From positions 62,001 to 126,000 of the forward strand of contig JAQOWU010000008.1 of NCBI GenBank assembly GCA_030867685.1: a stretch of DNA of 64,000 nt, in the 5' to 3' direction. This document shows, one piece after another, positions 32,817-42,881 of the stretch. Numbering within the stretch: position 1 is the stretch's first letter; every line of letters starts with the position of its first letter. The DNA comes from Wickerhamiella versatilis (taxonomy: Eukaryota). The notes beneath the pieces were generated by a model. The model was not told the origin of the DNA and did no database searches. It was given only the letters and a program-made list of their open reading frames with translations. A program made the translations under genes and the position numbers.

Positions 32817-35225
32817 TCAATCAAGCCACTTGTACTGATACCCTGGGTGATCGCTTGGCAAATGATCATGGCCAAAAACCTGGCCTCTTGCGGTTTCAGT
32901 GCTGTCATAGTCATCGTGAAATATGCCGCGCCGCTGGAGCTCCGGCACAAGCAAGTTAACGATATCCTCAAAAGACCCAGGAGATGTAATATGGGCAAGA
33001 TTGAACCCATCAAGATCTGATTCGGTCGCCCAACGTTCCAACTCATCTGCAACAGTAGTTGGGCTACCGACTATCTTGCGGCTAAAGCCGCCAAGAATCA
33101 ATTCCTTGGCAATATCTGCTTTAGTCCACCGTCTGGAATCGTCAATACTAAGTACAGTTGACTGAATGGCGGGCGGACCTTCGAAACGAAAGTCATCATC
33201 GTCACGAAATTTCGCCAGATCACTCCCTGTCCATCCACCAAAAAGGGTAAGAGCACCCTCAACATCCGCATAAGACAAGAAATCATTATACTTCTGCTGC
33301 GCCTCTTCATCTGTTTCTCCTAAAATCAAAGCAACGCTAACTACGATCTTGATTTGGTCGGCACCGCGCCCCTGCTCTTCAGCTTGTTTTCTGAGGTCCG
33401 CTACCGTTTGACCTGTACGAGCAGAATTAAATCCGGATATAAAGATCAGCTCGCTGTGCTTTGTACCAAATTCACTTCCGCGCTTCGAGGTCCCTGCTTG
33501 GAAAAGTAAGGGTGTACGCTGAGGAGATGGCTCATTGATATGCACACCATCAACCTTGAAATACTTTCCTTCATGGTGGATAGGCCTTACTTTATTCACA
33601 TCAGCAAATATCCCTTGAGCTTTATCGCGGATGACAGCGTCGTCCTTCCAGCTGGATTCCCAGAGCTTATAGCAGACTTCTAGGAACTCTTCTCCTTTGC
33701 CATACCTTTCATCATGATCAATCTGCGTTTCCAGACCATACATTTGGGCTGCACTTTCTAAGTAAGAAGTTACTATATTCCAGATAACCCGTCCATTTGA
33801 CAAATGATCTAAGGTCGAAAACCTTCGAGCTACGGTGTAGGGATGCTCATAAGTTGTGCTTGTTGTCACACCAAAGGCAAGTTTTTCTGTCACATTAGCC
33901 ATTGCAGATACGGCTAGAGCAGGATCCCCAACTGGAAACTGAGTACCAGTTGTGACAGCAGGCCTAATGTTCCTTGGACCTCCATATACATCGTAGGGTC
34001 CAAGCGTATCAGCGATAAAAAGTGCATGTATTTTTCCCCGTTCAAGCAATTTCGCTAAGTTCACCCAGTATTCAACCTTGTTATAGTTGGAGGTGTCACT
34101 ACTTGGATGCCTCCATAAACCGGGTGACAGATGGTTTGGCGTCGTCATTGCAAACGCATTTAAAATGAGCTTTTTCTGCAGGCGGGATTTCTTCGGTTGA
34201 TGTAACCGTTCCCGCTCCACCTGTTCGTCGTAATTTGGATAATCGGTATAGCCTTTTGCATCCTGACTGTATAACGTACTTCTATCGTATTTGGCGAGAG
34301 GGAGATTATCCTGCAAGCGCCTTACAAGGTCAGGATTCGATATGAAATACCTACCAAAAGCTATCAGTAGCTCAGGATCATCCTTCACGGCTTCTGCTGC
34401 TGTCTTTGGAGTGAAGCCACCAGCCCTAATAAGTGCTCCCGACCAAATATGGCGGATAAAGTCCGAGTTCTCAATGGAATTCCGAGGCTCTACGAGATGC
34501 ACATATGCGATTTCTCTCCCCTCCTTCTTCTTTTGTTCCAACCTTGCTAGTAAGTAAGAAAATATGGGGATAGGGCCATAGGCATAGTTGCTATCAAATG
34601 GAGAAAGGCGCAATCCCACTTTTGAGGACCCTATGGCATCTGATACCGCGTCTATGATGTCAAAGAATACCCTCACTTTGTTCTCGATTGAGCCACCATA
34701 TTTATCGTCCCTATTGTTATCGTCATAGAGGAATCGATTTAACAAGCAGCCGTGAGCTCCGTGAATCTCGACACCATCAAATCCAGCAGCAATGGCATTC
34801 CTAGCAGCCCTTACATGGTCCTTCACAACATCGTTTATATCGGCTGTGGAAAGCTCATCTATTGGGGCACCTACTGGCTCAGCTTTACCTCCATAGTTTT
34901 TACCAGCCGAATACCTTCCAATCGACCACAGTTGTAGAAATATTAAAGATTTCTGCTGATGTACAGCACCAGTGACTTTCTTCCAACCTTTTATCTGATC
35001 ACTAGTGTATATGCCTGGTGTCGACGAATGTGCCTCGTCATCATCATTAATTAAGGCACCCGCAATTAGCAGGGTTCCGGCGGCTTGGGCTCGCTGCCTG
35101 TAGTACTCCGTATCCAATCCGCTTGGAACTCCTTTCTCGTTGGCTCGCAATCGGGTGAGTGGTGGCAAGACAATTCTATGGCCTAGCTCGACGTCACCTA
35201 GACCCACCGGCTCAAAAAGAGACAT
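32817..35225 (-). CDS. Fusion of Old Yellow Enzyme (aa ~1-335) and NtaA/DszA/DmoA-type FMNH2-dependent monooxygenase (aa ~350-802)
   Basis: OYE motifs PLTRLRA, AGFDGVEIHGAHGC, YGGSIEN, FGRYFISNPDL, GYTDYP; then LNAF...GLWRHP, LFIAD, ARRFSTLDHLSNGRVIWNIVTS, PSPQRTP.LFQAG.S, VPELQRRG; one uninterrupted ORF. Confidence 0.9.
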   Translation of the reverse strand: MSLFEPVGLGDVELGHRIVLPPLTRLRANEKGVPSGLDTEYYRQRAQAAGTLLIAGALINDDDEAHSSTPGIYTSDQIKGWKKVTGAVHQQKSLIFLQLWSIGRYSAGKNYGGKAEPVGAPIDELSTADINDVVKDHVRAARNAIAAGFDGVEIHGAHGCLLNRFLYDDNNRDDKYGGSIENKVRVFFDIIDAVSDAIGSSKVGLRLSPFDSNYAYGPIPIFSYLLARLEQKKKEGREIAYVHLVEPRNSIENSDFIRHIWSGALIRAGGFTPKTAAEAVKDDPELLIAFGRYFISNPDLVRRLQDNLPLAKYDRSTLYSQDAKGYTDYPNYDEQVERERLHQPKKSRLQKKLILNAFAMTTPNHLSPGLWRHPSSDTSNYNKVEYWVNLAKLLERGKIHALFIADTLGPYDVYGGPRNIRPAVTTGTQFPVGDPALAVSAMANVTEKLAFGVTTSTTYEHPYTVARRFSTLDHLSNGRVIWNIVTSYLESAAQMYGLETQIDHDERYGKGEEFLEVCYKLWESSWKDDAVIRDKAQGIFADVNKVRPIHHEGKYFKVDGVHINEPSPQRTPLLFQAGTSKRGSEFGTKHSELIFISGFNSARTGQTVADLRKQAEEQGRGADQIKIVVSVALILGETDEEAQQKYNDFLSYADVEGALTLFGGWTGSDLAKFRDDDDFRFEGPPAIQSTVLSIDDSRRWTKADIAKELILGGFSRKIVGSPTTVADELERWATESDLDGFNLAHITSPGSFEDIVNLLVPELQRRGIFHDDYDSTETARGQVFGHDHLPSDHPGYQYKWLD

Positions 35226-35297
35226 TCAGACCGTTGACACTAAACGTGGCTTTTACGAGATTGAAATGTTATATCTTCGAAAGGAAATGCGTTATAC

Positions 35298-35304
35298 CAC
35301 GTGA
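35298..35304 (-). promoter_or_regulatory. TCACGTG E-box (Cbf1-type site)
   Basis: About 73 bp upstream of the fusion gene ATG. Confidence 0.55.
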
Positions 35305-35357
35305 TGTCACACCAGACATCATGCGGTTAGATTCCTAATCTTCGCTGGTTTGTCAGC

Positions 35358-35380
35358 GAGACTGGTTGGACAATGCAGAT
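35358..35380 (-). repeat. Dispersed element copy (reverse)
   Basis: Exact 20-nt core TGCATTGTCCAACCAGTCTC on the minus strand, 35358-35377. Confidence 0.8.
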
Positions 35381-35764
35381 TGATTTATCAGGGTTTCTCT
35401 TGGTATCGCATCATGTTTCGATGGCAGTGGCATTTGGCGGGCAGGATTTCCCGGGATAGCTTGCTTAACTGCCTATCGTTTCTCTATGGTTCGATATTGC
35501 TACGCCTATAGCGGCTATATTAATTTATTTTGGGATTCATTGTCATTATCCAAATTCGAAACTTTCAATAGCCCAATACTGCCTATATCTCCAAATTTCG
35601 AGCTTGTTACTACAACGTTATTGAATTGTCTTTAGAAATGCAACTATTTCTGTATCATCACATCGCTTATACAATGCAGCTAGTGGGGAAAACCTCGCTC
35701 CCAGAGTCCTTATCTGAAATTACTCAGCGTGAATGTCCAAACTGTGACAAATCCTGTAATTTTT

Positions 35765-35798
35765 GTCATCTTGCAGTGTCCAACCGGTCTCAGATAGA
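35765..35798 (+). repeat. Dispersed 34-bp element copy
   Basis: GTCATCTTGCAGTGTCCAACCGGTCTCAGATAGA, 29/34 ungapped. Confidence 0.85.
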
Positions 35799-35938
35799 GT
35801 GAAGGTCACTATAATATTCACCCTCGTGACGTGATGAACCTAAAAAAGCACAATCGTGACTTTAAGGGAATTGCTAATAAAGTATGGCGATAAGATTAAA
35901 TCATGTCGTGATTATTCTAAGTTCCGAACAGCAAGAAT

Positions 35939-35972
35939 GCTATCTTGAATTATTCAACCAGCCTCAAATAGC
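35939..35972 (+). repeat. Dispersed 34-bp element copy
   Basis: GCTATCTTGAATTATTCAACCAGCCTCAAATAGC, 28/34 ungapped. Confidence 0.85.
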
Positions 35973-36157
35973 GAGATGGTTCTAAGCAATTACTCCCTTT
36001 TCGAAACGTTTAAGGTATTACCGTCTCGGAAAACTGACAACATCTCACTTATGCAATTGGCTAAACGGACTTCTTGCATTGGTCTTACCTTCTCGTAGAC
36101 AGTTGATTAAACTTCTACCGTTGAAGACCTTTTCTTTCTCCCGCTAATGCAAGTGCT

Positions 36158-37690
36158 TCAATTCTTCAGATCTGAAAGATCCATACTGTTCTTGGAGGCC
36201 CCACGTATCTTTTCACCAAATATATAGAAGAGAATAGGCACAGGCGCCAATATCGCAGCTAAGCACCCAAGCAGGGTTCCTGCCCACTGTATCCCAAGAT
36301 TCTTGAACATTGCAGTGGCAAATATTGGGAATGCAGCGCCCATTCCTGAACGGAGAAACGTGTTAGCCGCAAGCGCAGACGCAGCATTCATCAGGTAGGT
36401 ATCAATAATATAATTAAATCCTGCCAAGAAAATTCCTATCAGCCCGAAACCTATCAATGCAAGTCCAATTGTTGGTGCTATCCAATGCACTCCGTATGCC
36501 CCCGACCAACAGAGCAAAAATATTCCTGAGGGGAATACAAATCCTGACACCATCATTGCAGGAAGCCGCCCTTCCGGCCAAACGGGCACACCACGGGCCT
36601 CGAGTCCGTCATAAAATATTTTCTCAAAGAAGAGTACCTGAACAATTACGACTATGATAGCCCCTGTAACCATACCGAGATATGGCAAGAACACATTGCC
36701 TCCCTTCCATTGGTATACTCCTTGGAAGATTAAAGGTTCAGCCTCTAGGCACAAGTACAATATCCCATATACTAATCCCATGTATACCGAAAGTAGAAGG
36801 AGAATCGGCTCGACTACAAGCATCTTGATAGGCTTAACAAGGACTTTTTGCGCGATACTTTTAACATCCAGAGTTTCTTTGTCCATAGCAGAGTGCAGGG
36901 GCCACACACCTGTTTCTTCCCGAAGGCGGTTAGCTTTGTACTGGAGGATCCTAGGGCAGAAACTCTCCTCTTGCGTGAAGGTTACGAGAACAAGGATTGC
37001 CGACGACATAAACCCTGTAATATACATCGTCCACCTCCAGTGAAGATAAGAGGCAGCAATATAGCCTCCAACAACAGGGGCAATCATTGGTCCCGCAACG
37101 ATTACTGCCGAAACGATAGCCATAATCTTGCCTCTTGTCTTTGTGGTAAATAAATCGGATATGGTGGCGGGCGCAACAACAAGGACACAGGAGCCAAGAG
37201 TTCCCATGAAGAAACGAGAAAGCGCAAATGTTTGGAAATCTTTGCAGGTAGCAGTGGCAAAAGTAAAGCATGTAAATCCAAAGAGCCCTAAAATTAGAGG
37301 AAGTTTTCGGCCAACAAGTTCGGAGCTGGGGCCCCACACCACTGGACCAGCAGCAAACCCTACTACATAGAGAGATATTCCTGCAAGAGTGGCCACCACT
37401 GTGCCTACGTGAAATTGCTCGGCAACTTCTTCTACACCGGCAGCTAATACCGCAGAGCCCCATGCCACTACCAGCGTGGACAAAGTCATGACCACAGACA
37501 GGTAAGCTTTCTCCCCCAAGGACCAATTAGTAGGTCTATCCGGATCATCTGGACCAAGAAACTCTACCATGTAGTCATTTTCAGGCGTTTCGGGAACGGG
37601 TGGAAGATAACGACCTGGTGCAATTGCAATTCCTTCACTCACTCTATCCATATCACTCCCCTTAGCGGAGGACTGAGAATTCTCGTCCAT
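36158..37690 (-). CDS. DHA1-family MFS drug:H+ antiporter (Tpo/Flr1/Mdr1-like)
   Basis: GPDDPDRPTNWS, WGPSSE.VGRK, WRW, EPIL, PEGRL, YIIDTY...AASALAAN...RS. Confidence 0.9.
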   Translation of the reverse strand: MDENSQSSAKGSDMDRVSEGIAIAPGRYLPPVPETPENDYMVEFLGPDDPDRPTNWSLGEKAYLSVVMTLSTLVVAWGSAVLAAGVEEVAEQFHVGTVVATLAGISLYVVGFAAGPVVWGPSSELVGRKLPLILGLFGFTCFTFATATCKDFQTFALSRFFMGTLGSCVLVVAPATISDLFTTKTRGKIMAIVSAVIVAGPMIAPVVGGYIAASYLHWRWTMYITGFMSSAILVLVTFTQEESFCPRILQYKANRLREETGVWPLHSAMDKETLDVKSIAQKVLVKPIKMLVVEPILLLLSVYMGLVYGILYLCLEAEPLIFQGVYQWKGGNVFLPYLGMVTGAIIVVIVQVLFFEKIFYDGLEARGVPVWPEGRLPAMMVSGFVFPSGIFLLCWSGAYGVHWIAPTIGLALIGFGLIGIFLAGFNYIIDTYLMNAASALAANTFLRSGMGAAFPIFATAMFKNLGIQWAGTLLGCLAAILAPVPILFYIFGEKIRGASKNSMDLSDLKN

Positions 37691-38243
37691 TATATTTCCT
37701 TTTATAGAAAGTTTCAGAGCTGGAGTGAAGTTTTGTTTTGCTTACCTAGCTTTATCCTCGGGTCGGAAAAGGTTCTCCCGAGTCCTTGGCCCAGAAAGTA
37801 TTGTGTTGCTGATTCAGATTGTATACTTAGTCATGATTAAAATCCAAACATGGTAATTAAGGTATTATGATAAATCCTGAACGGCACATTGTCAACCACC
37901 TTAGGCGACTGGCTAAATATTTTATGAGAATGGTTGTGTTGAGAGGACAGTATAGTGGCTCAGTGCCTACATAATACGAAGTAAGAGCCGACTAATGGAA
38001 TAAATTTAACTGGTATAAGTATATGCAAGAAGGAGAATAATGCGATACAAAGAAACAACGCTAGGTGAAAGTGAAAAGTAGTGGGCTCATTCTCGCGAAT
38101 GCAATAACGTCTCAAAGCGCTACTAAACGATAAAAACCCCAAAGCTTGTGAAATCCCGATTGATATCTGAGGATGATGAACTCGGGTATCGAACTAGTTA
38201 AATACAGTAGCTACACACCAAATTAGCCACCATTTATCCTCTC

Positions 38244-38300
38244 ATGCAGCTCGCTACTCTTTTCCTCGCCTCTGCCGTTCTTGCTACCCCACCAGCATAA
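38244..38300 (+). pseudogene. Isolated signal-peptide relic homologous to the start of the 18691 gene
   Basis: MQLATLFLASAVLATPPA* versus MQFTTLSLLVSAVLAAPS; nucleotide similarity CTCATGCA...TCTGCCGT.CTTGCT.CCCC. Confidence 0.55.
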
Positions 38301-38569
38301 GAAGGAGAAGATAATAATTGTGCTGGTTCATTCGTGAATTCAATAATAGCGGGAGTAAATACATTATATTATATTAGAGCAATTATCAAGTTCGTGAGCC
38401 ACTAACAGTAGTACATTGAACAAGAGTGTATCGATGATGGTTCAGGTCTTATAGCCTGATAGATATTACCTATACGAAACAACCAATAATATAAACTCTT
38501 GACATTTAAGTTCTGCTAAAACCAAAATAGAAAAACTTAAGGTGATAAGCATTATGATCCATAATCCTA

Positions 38570-39301
38570 CTAGTCCATTCCGCCGTCAACCCTGAAATCA
38601 ATTCCGTTGACGAAACTTGCTTCCTTAGAAGCCAAAAAGGTGACAGCACTCGCTATTTCCTCAGGTCTGCCAGGACGCCCAAGAGAAACCCTGGACGCTA
38701 CATATTTTAAAGTGTCCTCGTCCAAGGATTCTAGCATGGATGTCTGAACTGGACCCGGACTCACGGTGTTAATACGGATTCGTCTCGACTTTAGTTCAAA
38801 AGACCAAATTCTAGCCAAGTGAATCACAGCAGCCTTAGTAGAGGCGTATACTGATCCGCCCTCGACGACAGAAGTGCCACCCGTGGAAGCGTTAATGACT
38901 ACAGATCCCCCATCCACTAGCAGTTTGAGGGCCTTCTGAACGGTTAAAACTACGCCCTTTACATTGATGGAATACATTTTGTCAATGGAATCTTCAGTTA
39001 CAGCTCCAAGCGGAGCCATAGCTGCAACACCAGCATTCACAAAGAGGACATCTAATTTTCCGTGCTTTTCTTGGATAAGTTTGAATACTTTATCAAGGTC
39101 AGTGGCATCAGACGAATCAGCGGTGATTGGAACCACTCTTCCACCTATATCGGATGCAGCCTTCTCCAATTTTTCCGATCTCCGGCCAGTTATGAAAACT
39201 GCGCTAGCACCTTCCTCCACGAAGCGCTTAGCCGTGGCAAAACCAATACCTTCACTTGCGCCAGTAACAAGTGCAACTTTGTTCAAAAGCAATTCACCCA
39301 T
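38570..39301 (-). CDS. Classical short-chain dehydrogenase/reductase (bacterial-like)
   Basis: VTGASEGIG, NAG, YASTK, VSPGP, GRPEEIA, VDGG; ATG at 39301. Confidence 0.92.
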   Translation of the reverse strand: MGELLLNKVALVTGASEGIGFATAKRFVEEGASAVFITGRRSEKLEKAASDIGGRVVPITADSSDATDLDKVFKLIQEKHGKLDVLFVNAGVAAMAPLGAVTEDSIDKMYSINVKGVVLTVQKALKLLVDGGSVVINASTGGTSVVEGGSVYASTKAAVIHLARIWSFELKSRRIRINTVSPGPVQTSMLESLDEDTLKYVASRVSLGRPGRPEEIASAVTFLASKEASFVNGIDFRVDGGMD

Positions 39302-39532
39302 GTTTTGCAATCAATGTGACTTTCTAGCCTCGCAGGTTTAACGATTTGGACGAAGTCTTATACGGTACTCTGATTATGAAACGAATTACTTTGACCTGCA
39401 ACCTTGGTAAGCTTAATAATCAACATCATACTGTCGCAAGTATGAGCCACTAATCATGATTGTGCTCGAATCTGGCCAAAATGCACATCATAAAGTAGAG
39501 TAGATTATCAGGTTCCAATTTACAGCAGGACA

Positions 39533-39551
39533 TATCTCGCATTGTCGAATC
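39533..39551 (+). repeat. Dispersed element, partial copy
   Basis: TATCTCGCATTGTCGAATC, 16/19 to consensus. Confidence 0.55.
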
Positions 39552-40099
39552 TGGCAACGTCTTCTATTTCTCTGCGGGTGCTTCGAAGAATCTTCTAAAA
39601 GAAATCAATCTGCAATCAAACCTTACGTTCATTATTCCACTGTCCTTCGGTTGGTCCTGATTGTATGTGTCATTATGGTAGCTACGAAATCATCGCCACG
39701 GAAAAATCATTTGTCGTCCTTAGACTAGCTCATTTCAATTTATCGCCTCTCGGAATTATCCCTCGAACAAACACGCATTAGTCACAATTGACTAACATAT
39801 TTAGAATGACGCGTCACGCGTAGCGAAGTAGATATCGCATTCTTCGCTTTAGGGTAAGGTGAGACATTCTCAGCAAACATGGCAGCTTTGTAGCTGTGCT
39901 TTTATGGGACATCTTACGTTTTTTTTAAGGAGGTTTGGTCAACTGAATCTAGACTTGTCTTGTCGAGTGATTCTCGACATCATAACTTCCTCTGCGAGTG
40001 AGACCCACACCCACACACCACGCGTCTCGATCGCTAGTCACTTTTCCTCTTATTAACTTACGGAATTCAAAAGCGTTTACATTCAGCCTAGTTCGACAC

Positions 40100-41095
40100 A
40101 TGGACGTTTCAAAGATCTCGATAACAGCCATCTGTGTTCTACTAAGCCTCGTAAGATGTTTTGAAATAAGTTTTGAGACCATTGCCCCTTATACTAAAAC
40201 TCAAGAGCCTGGGCCAGCAGCGACTCCATCAGCTATCGCCAGTCTACCTTGGGAAGAGTCGTATTTTACCAAAACAGTTGCTTCTGTGCAGAACGCCTAT
40301 TGTTCGTCAGAGTTCAATCAAATTGGTATGCAAATTGGTGATCAGACTCTCCTAAACTCAATCACATACCAAGGGAACGATAGTATGCGGGTGAACATAT
40401 ATCATTCACAAAGCCTTGGCATAATCTTGGCGTATATGGGAACAAATGGGAAGAGTATTGCATCTGTTTTAATTGACGTTGATCTCTTACTTGTTGAGCC
40501 GGATGAGGCATTGGGAATTCCTTCAAATGTGAGGGTGGGCCAGGGCTGGCAGCAGCAGTGGAACAATTCTTGGCCACAGGTAGAGTCAGCACTTGAAGAT
40601 ATACTTCAGACTTACCAGAATGTTTCCATTCAGGTTATAGGTCATAGTCAAGGCGCAGCGGTAGCTCAGCTCGCTGCTCTTGCCATCAACAAGAGCTTCC
40701 CGCAGAAGATAGATCGCGTGGTTGGTTATGGATGCCCTAGAGTTGGGAATGCAGATTACGCACAAGCATTTGACAGCATTTTTAAAGGGCGCTATACTGA
40801 TGTTACCAATGGTGCGGACCCTGTTTGGTACTATGTTCCAAGGCTGGGTTACACGCATCCCTCAGGGGTGGTATGGATAAATCCCGCGAATTCCACAAAC
40901 TACTTCTACTATGTTGATGGCGAGGATAATGGGCCTTCTCATAGTCTACCAGAGTATTTTAGCCCTGCTAGTGTTCAAAGATTTCCTTACGTTGACCTAA
41001 GCGACCACGAGGGCATTTACATGCACTCGTCATTAGGGGGAACCAGCAACGAATACGGAGATGGCCCTTGTCCGGCGGAGATAGGAGGCTATTGA
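40100..41095 (+). CDS. Secreted class 3 lipase, Malassezia SMG1-like
   Basis: Signal peptide, RVNIYHS.SLGI, GTN, GHSQG, PRVGN, GY.HPS..VWI.P.NST, DH.GIY, CPA.IG. Confidence 0.85.
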   Translation: MDVSKISITAICVLLSLVRCFEISFETIAPYTKTQEPGPAATPSAIASLPWEESYFTKTVASVQNAYCSSEFNQIGMQIGDQTLLNSITYQGNDSMRVNIYHSQSLGIILAYMGTNGKSIASVLIDVDLLLVEPDEALGIPSNVRVGQGWQQQWNNSWPQVESALEDILQTYQNVSIQVIGHSQGAAVAQLAALAINKSFPQKIDRVVGYGCPRVGNADYAQAFDSIFKGRYTDVTNGADPVWYYVPRLGYTHPSGVVWINPANSTNYFYYVDGEDNGPSHSLPEYFSPASVQRFPYVDLSDHEGIYMHSSLGGTSNEYGDGPCPAEIGGY

Positions 41096-41554
41096 AAGCT
41101 CTTGGTTATAAATGCTTCAGCAGCTTGCCGTCAGAGAGGAACCTAATATAGACAAAGCATTGAATGGTGGCTATCCCTTATTTCCGCACTGCACGATGCC
41201 AAGACTAAGGGGCAAAGTAACGGTTTACGCTGTTGTAGAAAGCAAGCCCACTACGGGCGTTCGCCTGCAGAAGTGAAAAATTAGCATTTTAATAATGGAC
41301 GCAAGAGGCGGAAGTGCAATAAAACATGCTAATCTTCTAACTGCTGCGTGTGCATCGATTAAATAAACAATAGGAATCATATACTCGAGCCACTTGACTT
41401 AAATTAGTAAGTATCATAATTTTCGTCAATAAAGTCCACAGCGGAATGTTTTCGGTAGGAACATTGAATATAGATTATGCTTAGGAATGACATCATATAG
41501 ATTCGAATAGGTTACCAGCAATCTCCCAACCAAATAGGTTCAAATATACATCAA

Positions 41555-41590
41555 GGGCGACATTATATAACCCAACCAGTCTCAGGTGGT
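41555..41590 (+). repeat. Dispersed element copy
   Basis: GGGCGAC...CCAACCAGTCTCAGGTGGT. Confidence 0.7.
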
Positions 41591-41889
41591 GAAATAATAT
41601 CTCGAGATGCCCATGGCGTCCATGAAGCACAAATGAATCTCGCTTTAAACGCGACCTAATTCCTAGTACCCTTTGCAATCCAGAATGCACCTTACTAAAG
41701 ACATTAAGGGGTCTTGCATGAGATCGGAAGTTTCCTGCCCTATCCCAGACACATGCAGCAATAGTACAGCCGGTTTCGGAATGCTTGAGGGAGACAGTCA
41801 CGCGCGCAAGAGCTTCACTTACCTAGATAATCTCACAGGAAATCTACCAATGTATAATATTAAACTTAAAAATATCGAAAATACTAGGC

Positions 41890-42615
41890 TCACAGTATAC
41901 CGGTTGTCACGTTCTTCAATGAGTCCAGAACGGATTCGAGGTCGTTCAAAGAATTAACCAGGGTAGCATTGAAGAAAGGGGCATGGGAAATTATTGGTTT
42001 AGCAATCTCGATCGTATCCTCGACGATACCAGTGCTCTGATCCACGAATATTTTGAATCCCGTGTTGGCCAAAGAGATCTGACTTTTCTCTGCAGAGGAA
42101 ATGATATGGATAATTCCATTACCAAATTTTGAAACCTCCTTCATGGTAAAATCAAGTGCAGGCCAAACAGCCGTGATTATCGGGTCAGATATGCAGGAAG
42201 CAGGGATCTCTCCGGTTAACTGCAAAGCGTCTCCAGTTACTTGAGCAGCTTTCGCTACAACATCTGCAACGACTGAAATGAATCCAGTGTTCCCTAGTAA
42301 AGATGTGCACGCAGCAAGTGTACCACAGGTCTCACCACCAGTTGTGAGGGTCGAAATACAGGAGACTACAGCAGCTCCACAACCACCATCAGAAAAAAGG
42401 GTGGTAGATATAGTGGTTATATCCTTCCCAATATCAGTGAGCAACGGTATGACCTGGTTTAAGTCGCCTATTAGGTCGCCGATGATGCCCCCGATGGAGC
42501 CGGCAATATTGCAAGTTTCACGCTTAAGCTCATCATTTGCAAAGACTGGCAACGCTACCGCGGTCGTGGTGACAAGGAATACTAGCAGACTCCAACGAGC
42601 AATGTTGCTTAGCAT
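41890..42615 (-). CDS. Secreted Cys-containing amphipathic protein, unknown function
   Basis: Signal peptide from the ATG at 42615, KR (Kex2-like) site, six Cys. Confidence 0.75.
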   Translation of the reverse strand: MLSNIARWSLLVFLVTTTAVALPVFANDELKRETCNIAGSIGGIIGDLIGDLNQVIPLLTDIGKDITTISTTLFSDGGCGAAVVSCISTLTTGGETCGTLAACTSLLGNTGFISVVADVVAKAAQVTGDALQLTGEIPASCISDPIITAVWPALDFTMKEVSKFGNGIIHIISSAEKSQISLANTGFKIFVDQSTGIVEDTIEIAKPIISHAPFFNATLVNSLNDLESVLDSLKNVTTGIL

Positions 42616-42881
42616 GTTGTAAAGAAATGGTTCGGTGGCCGTCAAATGCTAACTTGCAGGTGCGGATCTGCGGAGAGGCGATTACAAATACCTCGGGCCG
42701 GGCCGGAGCGCATAAGTGAAGCGTGATCGACGACAAAGTCCTCAATTTATAATTTTAGTGAACTTAGAGAAGGACAAGTATCCCTCATTTTGTTAATCTC
42801 GCCTCTATATGACCGTTAACACATATACACACTTAACTTTGTACGTGATCTTCGCTATACCCTTAACCTGACGCTTACTGT

